Source of the DNA: Lepidodermella squamata
Taxonomy: Eukaryota; Animalia; Gastrotricha
Direction of reading: 5' to 3'
Length of the DNA stretch: 64,000 bases
Assembly (NCBI GenBank): GCA_047495785.1
Contig: JBLDXI010000046.1
Coordinates: 496,001 to 560,000, forward strand
Part shown: positions 46,262-57,806 of the stretch, in pieces
How the letters are laid out: every line of letters begins with the position of its first letter
Position numbering within the stretch: the stretch's first letter is position 1
Translations under genes and position numbers: made by a program
The notes under the pieces: generated by a model
Seen by the model: only the letters and a program-made list of their open reading frames with translations
Databases searched by the model: none
What the model was told of the DNA's origin: nothing

Positions 46262-47023
46262 CATCTGTTCCGGATGAAAATTAAGACAAACCAGAAATAG
46301 ACATCAAAACAAGGTTTAATACAGAACAGAAAATTATTTTAAAAATATTTTAAAAAAATTCTCGAGGGTTCGATTTTTACGGTCAGTTTTTTCTTAGCTA
46401 GCGTCTAAACAATGAAATCTATCGACTAAATATCGTATTTGTCCCAATAGTAGCCCAGTCGCTAATTATCGCCCATCAATAATATAGTAGCCCAGGGTTG
46501 ATGGTTGGAAAACATAATAGATGAACTACCTTTTACCGGAACCAAATTTACGGTGAGCGGAACCTAAATTTGGTTCCGCTAACAGAAGGACCCATTCTGA
46601 TATTATGATAAATGAACGGTTTCCAATATTTCCCGGTTGAAATGTGAACAACTATACATTGTAGTTGATGTTTCACATGAAATTTCGTGAAATTCGCTAA
46701 TTTTGAAACCATTAGACAGAATTTGGAAACACTTGGCTAAAACATATTATAAATTGTTGATATTAATTCCGTAATTTTGAGGTTGAAACGGTTCAAATGA
46801 GTGAAATTAGCGCCTTCAAAATTTCGGGGACAGAATCAGAAAATTCAGCCATTAGCGTTAGGCGGGTAAATTCAAAAGCAATAAAAATTCAAAAAAAATC
46901 GGGAGGAAGAAAAGACAAAATGAAAACAACTAAATTAAGTGAACAAAGAAGCACTTATATCCCAAGACATGAACACAGTCTGTTGTTTCTGGTGTGTCTC
47001 TTTTTCGTCAAGACACCGATTAC

Positions 47024-47627
47024 CAAGGGAAGGAAGGGAAGCTCATTGTTCGTGTGCGCCATCTGTTTTATTCAGCTTTTGAGCAAAAAACGCCAAAATC
47101 GTGTGCCGAAAATTTTAGCGATTTTTCCCTCTAGTTTTTTTGGGTAATCTCGTACAGCTTAATTACCTGTGGCTTGACCGACTCCAGTTCACCTATACAG
47201 GTGATTATCATGGCGTTAGGCTATTTTTTCTAAATTCGACCTTGACACATAAGAATTTCAAATTTTTTGCGTGTAAAAAAAGCACTGGCGATCAGATTTT
47301 GAACTCTGCTCCCGATGACGTCATACAGTGTTTTGAGCAGGAAATTTTCGAATTTACGTTAAAAATCGAAAAATAATTATTTTTTCAAATTTTAATAGCC
47401 TAACGCCTTCTACTCGTCGAACTGATTCCGATGCTTTTTTCAGCGTCTTAGAAAAGTGGATGGGTGATGAGTTTACCCTGAAAAACTTTTTGCATGTAAG
47501 TATGCAGGGGCTGTTGTTCAATTTGGGGTTTTCCCGAAAAAAAGGAACACACTTTTTGAGAAATGTCCGAAACTAGGCGTGGGATAAGGACCATTGTTCT
47601 TTAATCCAGTTTCTCTTCCTTCCCTTG
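47024..47627. mobile_element. Non-autonomous TIR element with 8-bp TSD (P- or hAT-superfamily MITE)
   Basis: TIR caagggaaggaag(g/a)gaa(g/a)ct at both ends; TSD ccgattac at 47016-47023 and 47628-47635. Confidence 0.82.
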
Positions 47628-47708
47628 CCGATTACGGCCGCGTTTCAAGTGTGTAATAATAAGTTTATTGCCTGCTGTAGCAATTTTAGTCAGCTGGGCC
47701 GCCCGCTG

Positions 47709-47817
47709 ACTAAACCTATTCCGGCTGGTTGCAGTATTCCGTAAGATGAGTCATTTTCAGTATTCCGTAAGATGACTCATCTTACGGAATACTGCAACCA
47801 GCCGGAATAGGTTTAGT
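47709..47817. repeat. Perfect 46-bp inverted repeat (hairpin) with an internally duplicated spacer
   Basis: 47709-47754 is the exact reverse complement of 47772-47817; the spacer repeats cagtattccgtaag. Confidence 0.92.
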
Positions 47818-48016
47818 TGATGCGGGTTGCGACGCAGTTTCGGCGTCACTACGCATGGAGAGTGGACTAATGGATGAGTTATTCATTATTTCGCTCCTTT
47901 TGCCCTATAAGGGAACGGTTCCAAAAACCCATGGATGAGCGCAGCCGCGAAGTAATTCATATGTTTGCGAGCGGCGTAATTTTTTCTCGGGCAGCAGAAG
48001 CATGGCAGAAGCGTTA

Positions 48017-48422
48017 CCGTCAACTGGGGCGACTTTGACGGTGGGGTCACTTTGCCATGCGAAAATGGGGTGAATTTAGCATAGCAATGCTCGAAGGTAG
48101 CCAGGCTGATACCCCTCGAGCGGGGTACCGTTGCATAGCCCTAGAAAAGGCAAGCATTGATGTCTATACTAGACGTTAATCGGTTGCCTTACCTGATGAT
48201 TCAAGACAGGTGAAGTTAATGAAAAGTTTTGTTTTTTTTGGCAAAATTTCGATGACTCCGCAGTAAAGCAGGTGAGTTCGAAATGATTGTACTCTGTCAT
48301 ATTTGGGCTGCCTTCAATGCGGGCAATCCAACGGTTCCCCACTCGAAGGGTATCAGCCTGGTTACCTTCGAGAATTTCGCATGGCAAAGTGACCCCACCG
48401 TCAAAGTCGCCCCAGTTGACGG
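48017..48422. mobile_element. Tc1/mariner-pogo-type MITE with TA TSD
   Basis: TA|ccgtcaactggggcgactttgacggtggggtcactttgccatgcgaaa ... inverse |TA; long imperfect inverted arms; no transposase. Confidence 0.9.
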
Positions 48423-48468
48423 TACCCTTGTTGTCAATTATTTCGCATAAGATGCGAGTAATCAGTAA

Positions 48469-50249
48469 GGGACCGTGCCGAAATTGACCTGATTTCGGCA
48501 GGCTATGGCAGGCCGTGGCAGGCGATGACAGGCGGCTACAGGTATAGGCAAACTGTAGCAATAGACAGCGCTAGAAGGCAAGTCACGTCAGCCCCACTTG
48601 TCTCTGCATGCGGCCCGCCGCCCTTCGTAACGCGCGCCATAGGTAGTCCGCCACCTCTCAGCGCCAGTTCCACCGCCTCGCAGTGTGCGGTCCGCCTCCT
48701 TCGCAGCGCCAGTTCCACCGCCTCTCACCTACGCGCGCGCTTGAATTTGATACAACTAAACAGCGCGACTGTAAATTGATTTGTTTTATTTGCATCTCAT
48801 TTTTTCATTTTATTTTAACCAGCACAGTATTTTAGCACAGTGACCTAAATAAGGAAGGGTAAATAGTAATAAATACCGCGGTGTTATTTATGACCCTTTC
48901 ATAATATAGGCGCGCGCGCGCGGAATAGGTACATTTTATTGCTTCAGCCATTATTTCAGCGTAATTTTGAAGTCACTTTTTATATTTTTAAATGCACGTG
49001 GAAAATTCAATAAAAATTACTATTATTTAATTAAAATTGAATCGAATAGACGTTAATTAACAATAGATAGCAAATTCCGTTATACAATTTTTGACAGACA
49101 GAATTCGAGACCGCCTATGAAAATAATAGTGAGGCTTTCGCGCGCGCCGATTTATAATTTTATGGCATTATTTACCGCGCGCATTGATATTAAAGGGTTA
49201 CATTCGAATAATTTGGCGGTTTTTATACTAAAATAAAATTCATTTAATTCTCTATCGATTGAATATGGGGTTCTCGCGCGTATAAATGATAGGGAAAATT
49301 TTTCACGCGCACTCAAAGTTTCAAGTCGGTTTTGTGTGAGACTCATAATAAGCTCGCGATGTTTAGTACCCTCGTACTTCTCACTGATTTTGCTCGCCGG
49401 CCGTTCACCTATGGGCTATGGGTATTCAGCCGAAAGATATTTTTCTGAATTTAATTTTGCTATCAATACCGCCAAATAATATTGAAGTAGCTCTATGAAA
49501 TCAGCCCGCGCGGCTGAAATATTATAAAATTGTAAAATATGCGCGCGCGCCTTAGAGTCTAATACCACAAGTTGCGCTCAGGTCACACTTTTGTTTGTTT
49601 TTATTACTGCGAGTACGCGCGGTCATTAGATATCATCGTAAAGCAATGGTGAAATTAGGGCGCGCGCGAGAAAGAGAAATAAAGAGATAAATTTGTGACT
49701 GGCCGGTCTTATTCGCACGCACGCAGGCCTAATTACTACGTCATAAATTTAGGAAAATAACAAGAAAACAGCAAATCGACAAAATCAAATCTGAATTTTT
49801 CAATTATTCTAATTATAACAATTCAATTCAATAATACAGTTATAAAGTCGATATCAGGTTAATATGACGCTTCGTTTGTTCGGCCGGCGGCCGGGCACCT
49901 TAAAACACGCGACATGTAGTCGTTGACAGACGCTATTGTGCGCGCAATGAGGACAAGCGGGACTGGCGCTGTGCGGGAGCGGGACTGGTGCTGCGAGGCG
50001 GCGGAACTGGCGCTGTGAGAGGAGCGGGACTGGCGCTGCGAGGCGGCGGGCCGCCCGCAGGTTTTATTACGAATGGGGGCGGGCCGCCCGCTGCTTCGGG
50101 TTTAAACGTAAAAACCCGTTTTACAGTTTTATATAGCAAAATTGAGGCTGCTGCTATCTGTGCCACGCTGCCACGGCCTGCGCCGCCCACTGACACCTGT
50201 CACGTCCTGCCACGGCCTGCCGTTGACTGCTTCATTTCGGCATGGTCCC
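48469..50249. mobile_element. Non-autonomous PIF/Harbinger-type element with TAA TSD
   Basis: TAA|gggacc(g/a)tgccgaaat ... atttcggcatggtccc|TAA; GC-rich inverted subterminal arrays (gcagcgccagttcc / ggactggcgctg); AT-rich interior. Confidence 0.88.
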
Positions 50250-50759
50250 TAAGTCTTCGTCTTGCATAAAAAAGCATGTGCGCTCCATTTTTTATGCATG
50301 ATGAGCAATTTGGCAGCGGTTATCTTGCATAATAATTCAGACTTTCTGCATAAAAACCGGGCTTTCTTGCAGTTGGTGCCCGGTATTCTACCACAGAAAG
50401 TCAACTAAAAAAATCAAACATCATTCATAAAAATCATTTTCTCTGGGTGTTTCATGGCAAATGGACCTCCGGTAGCGTACTCCAATGCTGGCTTTCCTGC
50501 CAAAAACTGAACCTTCGACCGATCAAAACTTGAATATATTTCAAGCACAGTCAATCACAATTAGCAGAATATCAGTCTGTCATTTTTTTCCGGTCTTAGC
50601 AAGACGAGATCTTTTTGCCTTTGAGTAAGGCCAAAACCCAGACCGAAATTACAACCAGCTCTTTCAAGCCAGACCAAAGACCAAAGACCGAAAAAATAAT
50701 TACTCGTTTCTTTTATTACATTCTCTTCTCCCCGTTCAAGTAAACGTTTTCAGAAATTT

Positions 50760-51190
50760 TTAAATCAAAATTCTGATAGCAGTGAGATGTTTATTGCCAC
50801 GACACACCATCGAACGGCAGATGGTATCCGTTTTCAGCCTCAAACGTCCAGGCGATACGGAATGACTCGGTAGTGAAAAAATTCTTTCGGGCCATGCGCT
50901 ACTGGCACAAAATGCGAAGATTCGCCCCACCAGCAGCGATAAATTCGGAAAGCGTCGATGATGAGATTTCCAAAAAGCTAGGCTACAAGGGAGATCTACG
51001 TCGTGTACGCTTAGCAGGTCGAGATAGGAAGCAACCTCGTTTCTAAGGGTCGAATTTGGCACTTGTTTCTTATCATGAGCCGTGACTTGTTTTGACATGA
51101 AATTAGCAAGAAACTTCGGCGTAGTCGATGAAACAGTTGCAGACGCCGCAGCTAGCGGTGACGAGGGAGCAGCAGAATTGCCATTTAACT
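50760..51190 (-). mobile_element. hAT transposase C-terminal dimerisation-domain fragment
   Basis: EVASYL...LAFWKSHHRRFPNLSLLVGRIFAFCASSAWPERIFS...RLRL matches the hAT dimerisation consensus; the rest of the transposase is not intact. Confidence 0.85.
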
Positions 51191-51608
51191 GAAAGAAAAC
51201 GAAAAATGCACTTCATTCAAATTATTATTATTAAAAGTTATCAACCTCGGTCAGATATTCGTTGAGGCAAAAGCATTCCTTGACCATGATGCTTGTGACA
51301 ATGCTTGTGAACTTTTGGACGTCAACATATGCGTATGAAAAGGTCACGATATGAAATGACGTAGAATAAATATGAAATGGTCACGATTTCTATTGATATG
51401 TTTATGTATTGAAATAACCACGGAAAATCAGTATGAAATACCACGGCAAAAGTATGAAATGATCACGATATGAAATGCCCAACTGACACTTTACCATTGG
51501 CGAGGATAAGAAGCCGGAAGTTGCACTACGGCAGCCATCTTCATCCATTTCACACTCGTCCGCTGCGTCAAAAGCACACGATTTAACACGGCATGATATC
51601 GAAATTTG

Positions 51609-54600
51609 CATGAGACGTAGCTAGGACGCCGCAGCTGGGCTTTTTACGAGAAAAAAGTGAAATGAGAGATAATGAGGTCGAAGGTCGCGTTTTGAAAATA
51701 ATGAGATGAATCATCTCATTATCTTTTGGCGCCAGATGTTGTGATGAAACTGCTGATTTCGAGAAAAAAGAGAGTCTTTCATACGCCGTAAGTGCTACTT
51801 TGCAAGTGAAAAGATGAAAAAAATGCCACGATTGAAAAGATGAAACCATAGATCAATTTTAGAAAATCATGATTTTTATTGCTTCGGTAAATATTTTCAC
51901 TATCACAAGGGTAAAGCTGAGCAAATCGGACGAAAAATCGTCAAAAATAAAACGGAAAATAATTAGTCTTTTTTGAATTGCTTTAGACTTGAACGCAGTG
52001 ATAAGGAGGATGCTCCAAATTTTTCGCGATAAAATCTCACGGTTCTTCGTGCCAAGATGTATTTGAGGCGGCACAAAGTCGGGAGAATGATCGATTTTTC
52101 TTTGATTTTGTTCAACTCACCGCCCATACGATTTGCCACATCATCCAGCTTTTTGAAAGTAGTCAAATCTTCACGGTACTTCGCTGAAAGAGCCACCTTA
52201 ATGATGGCCATAACGTCGCCGTTCGGCTGGGTGGCACCACCGCGCGAGCGCAACTCGACGTAGTCACTGTGGTACGCCTCGGTCGGTTTGAGGCCCAGTT
52301 TTTTCGTGATAAATCCGCCTACCCATGCGATGGTGTTGTGATCGAATGTGAGATGGCTGGGCAAATGAACACGATGCATGCTGGACTGCCGAGACTTCTC
52401 GAAGGCACTTTTTTTCAACTGCCGCGCGACTTTGATACTCAGTGAGGCAACCGCCCCTCGAGCTTTCACATTTCCCCCGCGAGATACGCCCCAGTAACCG
52501 CCGGCAACTCGCAATATCCCAGAACGGCGCTGAATAGCTCTGAAGGTGGGGTTGGATTTCGAGGAATTGCCGTCTCTACGGAATTGATTGAAAAGCATCT
52601 CATTTGCGTCTTGATTCGCTCTTGCTGGGTAAAACTGTTTGACCCCTTGAGCCAAGCAGAAGCGAATCAAAGACGCCATGTTCGTAGTCGTTTCGATCAA
52701 TGCCCGATTGGCTTGCCAGGAAAGAGTAGATTTATCGGCTTTGTTATCCTGGTTGATAGCTTTGATTAAGGGAACGAAGGTTTCCTCAAGCCAGGTCAGT
52801 CGCTTATCGTCGGGTCTTTCGTACGGAGCTAGGTTTGGTTTCAAGCGGTACGACTCGGGCTTGCTCGTACCCTCGGAGTTGCTTTCGCCATTAAAGCAAT
52901 CGAACCAGCAGTCGATTAGAAGGCAGAAAAAGGCCGTTGCCGCAGCATCAATATCGTCCGGGTGAGAAAGCAATATTTCGATAGCGACGGAGCGGGAGAG
53001 GGTCTGTGCAGCGTAACTAACTTTCATCTTCTGCGGCGCGTTTTTCCGAGTCACCGAACTCACGCTATGCTTAGAAAGCTTTGTACTCCTTTGAACGAGG
53101 CGATGCCGATCTCGCTCGAAAATCTCAACAATATAGGCCCAATTAACCCGCCCTTTGCCAACCCGAGGAAATTTCGAGATCAATTTTTCCTCCATGACAG
53201 CCGAGTATTTTGACCATTCTACTTTTGAAAAGTCGATTATTAGCTATAAAAAGGAAATTGCTTGAAAAGGTACATTGGTTCTTAAAAGATACTAACCCTT
53301 TTGTTAATAATTGCATTTCGGCAGATTTTGAGAATATGAGGTACGTCAAACATCATATGGACCTGAACGCCATTTCCAACTGGATGCGGATAGCCCTGTG
53401 GACCAAACTTTTCAACCAGACCGTTGTAGAGGGACCAATTTTCACCCGCACCATCCCATGTTGCTCCAACTACAATAACAGGCGTTGAAAGCTTGAACAG
53501 CCGCTCGATGGTTTTCTTCAAAAACAACGAAATTCTATCGACGGGTAGATTGACCATTGGAAAGTTGGCAATGTTTATTGTTGTAACATTTTCGACAAAT
53601 TTGAGAACGATAGAGAGACATTGCGTCGCAGGCGTTCCTGGCTCGTCTAGGGACATGCCAACAATCGTATTTCCTTTATCAATGATTTCAAGGCCACCGG
53701 AAATGGACATCGCATCTATAGATATCAAACCAAAGCGATAAGTATCCGGGCAGGTTGACGCCTTGATTTCCTCTTCCAACATTATCAGGCCTGTTTCCGC
53801 AATGCCTGGCTCGTAGTCGACAGGTGTAACCGAGACCAGCGTCGAAGGGTGGGGTAACATGAGAATTCTGGAATCTCTCAAGAAGTCGTAGGCCTTCGAA
53901 CTGATCGAATGAATGGTAAGAGCTACTCTCATCACAATTTCGCCCGCCTTGCTTGAATATCGAATGGCATGCATTGATTTGATGTGTCGAAATCGATTTT
54001 GAAAAGCGAGAAATTCTTGAAGATCCTCGGTTGTCAAGTGCTTGTTCGGTGGATGAATCACCTCCGGCGGTAGATCAGCTTGAGATCCGCAGCTAGACCT
54101 GTTGATACGCCTGGTTCGCATCAGCTTCAAACGCTTTTTCCGTAATTTCGCCCGATGTTTGTCGGTTGCAATTTTAGCCCGTAGTTTCTCATTTTGCGCG
54201 CGAAGGGATTTATTCTCAGCGAAAACTCTGGAACAGCCGATCTTGCAAGCAGTAGTCGGCGGGGGCTGAGGGCGGTGTCGTACAACTCGCTTCGGAGCAG
54301 GCTCGTTCATTCGGACATTTCCATCAGGTTTTCCCGAAAATCCCGCAGCTATCAATTCGGCAACTGTTGCTAGTCGGCCAAAGGTCGTAGGACCACGCAT
54401 GGTGGCGGCTGATTCCTGATTGCTGATTTTCGGCTTTTCTACCGGTTGTAGGACTATTGATATCGATTGCGTTGGGGCGGGTACAGTTGCTCGTTTGGTA
54501 GGAATTTCTACATAATGAGATCCAGAATCCAGCTTAATATTTCACATCTGAAGAGGAACAATAAAATTCCTTACCGTTGTCAATTTCATTACTGGCTTTA

Positions 54601-56341
54601 CGGGTATGAGAAACGCGAGGCATCCTATCGTTCTCCCACGGCCGATTTCCCGAAAGCAATTTAGTAGATTCGGCATTTGAACCGACCGATTTACCAGTGC
54701 CTAGTGATGTAAACCTGACTGGACCTGGCCCAGGATTTAATTGGATCTTTATTGAAATAAAAGTATATAAACCCTATACATGGAATTCAGTAGTCATAAA
54801 TCAGACTTACATCGCCGCATTGCAAAAGCAACAAGCTGATATGGTTGAATCGGAATGATAAACACGGGATCAAGCTTCCATTTTCCAAATTGTTTCTGTT
54901 GTTAAAGATAATCGATTCACCCGGCCGAAAAAAGTCAATGAAATTTACCGGAAATTCGCAAATTGATCGAAGTGAATATCGTTGAAGCCATTTTCATTCA
55001 ATTCGGTTGTAACAACCCGTTGCTGAGAAACATGATCGTATTTGAGATTCGATATCATCAGCAGATGAAACAACAGGGCATTTCTTTTACAATTCGACCG
55101 ATTAAACAGAAGATAGCACATTTTCAGACGAATAAGAAGCGATAGTAAAGGAAACAGAGCCATTAATAGCCATCCGCTTGGTGCCGCGAAACATTCTATC
55201 ACTGCTTGGTAAAACACAAGCGAGTCGCTCAGGACCCACGATGCCAATTTTCCCAGCCAAAAGACTGGTAATTTAGCAAAGTAAATTGACCAGTCGAAGG
55301 TTGACGATAGTAAATTCAATGGCAGGCTGTCATCCAATAACTCCAGACGAGAGTTTGCAAGGACAATTGCCACGACAATAACTGAGAGGAACCCTCTCAT
55401 TCTTGAATCTTCTTCAGTTCCAACTTCAATAAATTTCCTTCTAAATTGAAAATAGGACCAGGTAAAATTGAAAAATCCGGCAGAAGCTCCCGCCTACAGA
55501 ACATTTTCCATCAAAAAATTTCAAGTAAATAAATTGATAAAAAATCTAAATAAATCGAATTTCAACGTGACCAGGGCCAAGTTCAGGTCCATTTCAGCTC
55601 GCTCTATCAATTTAGATGGTGAAAAATGAAGCCCAGCAGAGGAACAAAGTGAACTGGAACTTGTCAAGTAGGCCAACTTCGGTTCAAGAATGATTACCAG
55701 AATCCATCGATAAATCACTAGATTCTTTCCAGAAAGTCGTCGGTAAAAGTGCCAGTAACATCAGCTACGGTAAGAATGGCAAAGGCCGGTGATTTTTACC
55801 AAAACTTGTATAAGAACCAGCCATGTAACACCCGGTTCGGAATTTACACCAGTCAGCCTTAAAAGAGGTTTTATTACGCTCAGATTTCGAGTAGAAAAAG
55901 ACGAAAATTATTGTACTAAAATGAGAACTAACACTTTTACTCAAGCTGTGTTCTCTCTTCAAGTTGCGCAACATACATAAAATTTTCGCATTTTAATGAA
56001 AATTGAATCGTTTCCTGGATTTTAATAAGGAAATCCCGAAAAACTGTATCCAGCCTAGACCTTCCCGTGGCTTATTCAGAAACTTCGAAATCTTCTCCGA
56101 GGCTGGAACCTGGATCCAGCTTGGTAACTATGGCACCGGAACATTTCTTCTCCTTTTTGAAATTGACCCTGCTTTAATTTATAAAAATTTCAGGGATTAT
56201 TCAATTTTCTTTTCTTTTTAAACCCTGAAATTTTAATTTTTACAGTATAAGAATATTCTTGAATATTCATGCATGAGACCAGCATGACACCCCCGTTTGC
56301 ATGGCGGGGTTCAAGCTGCGGCGTCCTACCTACGTCTCATG
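51609..56341 (-). mobile_element. Full-length P-element-superfamily DNA transposon (4733 bp)
   Basis: 28-bp TIRs catgagacgtag(c/g)taggacgccgcagct with 1 mismatch; 8-bp TSD gaaatttg at 51601-51608 and 56342-56349; internal P-type transposase. Confidence 0.93.
51963..54400 (-). CDS. P-element/THAP9-like transposase (2 exons, intron 53244-53296; 794 aa from ATG 54400)
   Basis: S.KAYDFLR...LPHPSTL, ISIDAMSI, WDGAGEN, FDVPHILK.CRN, KMKVSYAAQTLSRSVA, IDCWFDCFN, NQDANEMLF...NPT. The GT-AG intron joins ORFs 53282-54400 and 51963-53195 in frame. Confidence 0.92.
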
Positions 56342-57806
56342 GAAATTTGCGGCAGGCGGCCGGTAACCGGAATCGATGGTAACCTCAGGAAAAACGAAAC
56401 ACTGCTCTCTGTGACAAGCGTCCTGGCCCATTGCATCAAAGTCCAGGCAAGTCGAGAAGCTGGGCATCTGTCTCTGATGAGTTGCATGGAAATACTGTCA
56501 TCAATCGTTAAGGAGCAGACTTTAACTCGGAATGAGGTGTAGAGATAAGTTTCATTTTCGCTGATAGTTAACATGAAAATCGCCAGTCTTCAGCGGCCGA
56601 TCGTTAGTTAATTGGTTGAGATCTGAAGTCTCCAGCCCGAATTCCAATCCGAGAATGGGATAGACGTCGAGAGTGTCCACTCGTTTTCGCGCGGCGCGAA
56701 GAAAGCTGACCGTCAGATTAGAGACGTCGTTTGCAATGGCGTTAGTGCGACTCAATCGAAGCATTGGCGTGGTAAAATTGAGATTCGTGGAAGCTGGAGC
56801 CATCGTTATTTCCGGATCAATGACATGATTCTTCTTCCGAGGAGAAGAAACTTGGGTGAAGACAACTGTAAAATATCAGTTGGGATTATATTATGGCTGT
56901 GTAATTAACTCTTGATCGACCTTGAGCAATCTGTATACCGTAAAATCCACATTAGAAGGCAGAACCTAAATAGAGGGCAGGCCCGTTTATAAGGTAGGGG
57001 GTAAAGGTCGATTGTTTGAAATAAAGGGTAGACCCGGTTTAGAGGGCAGTGCCCTTTGATTGGACACAAATGGTCCACATGAAGCATGGAAGCCAGCTCG
57101 TAGAGGTTACCCGTTGTCCCTTGTCAGCTAATCCACCTTAATCTCTGAGTGCCAGCAAATGATCGCGAATCGTTCAAACAACGCTGAGCGCGATGGGTCG
57201 CTTTCTAGGGCAGGTGGTGGCTACGCGAAGTTGTCATTCTAAACAAGTTTGAATCGAAAGGGCGACGGCCTGAATCGGTTTGCATTTTTGAGAAGCGACG
57301 CAAAAAAGCTTGAAAGAGAGGCAGCAGTAAGCCCGCAGTTGTTTCCATCCACGCAACGCGTCGAAGAGGCTACTTCCTCGAACGAGCTCGACGCTGGTTT
57401 TGTCGAATTTTTTTAAAATTTGGCCATGCCATGTGTAATTTGTGTAATTTATTTAATCAATTTGAAATCTTTATACAGTTAGCCCCAAGTTAGCCATATT
57501 TTTTTCAGAGCCTACTACATAACTCTTATCTCCTCAATTTTCACCCAAGTGTGCGGTTCGCAATTTCAGCGGATTAGGCTCGAGCTCATTAGATAACATC
57601 TCTTCAGCTTGTAAACGGCGCACGTTTTTAATGGCAAGAAAACCCAAAAACACACAGAGGAACCTTTGGTCAGATAAATTCGAGGCTGGAAATACGCACA
57701 CGTACCCCCACCTTCCTACTTCCTCCACTGTTCATATGATGTTCAGCAACATGAGTGCAATCAAATATATACCACCATTGTTCTTTCCATAGCCGCTTGT
57801 TATTTG

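Noticed and set aside
48525-50269. Pro/Ala/Gly-rich ORFs at 48525-48779 and 49933-50269
   Set aside because: They arise from the GC-rich subterminal repeats of the Harbinger-type element.
51330-51480. Repeated tatgaaat..cacg units resembling a CRISPR-like array
   Set aside because: Short, degenerate and irregularly spaced; eukaryotic context with no cas genes; more likely transposon subterminal repeats.
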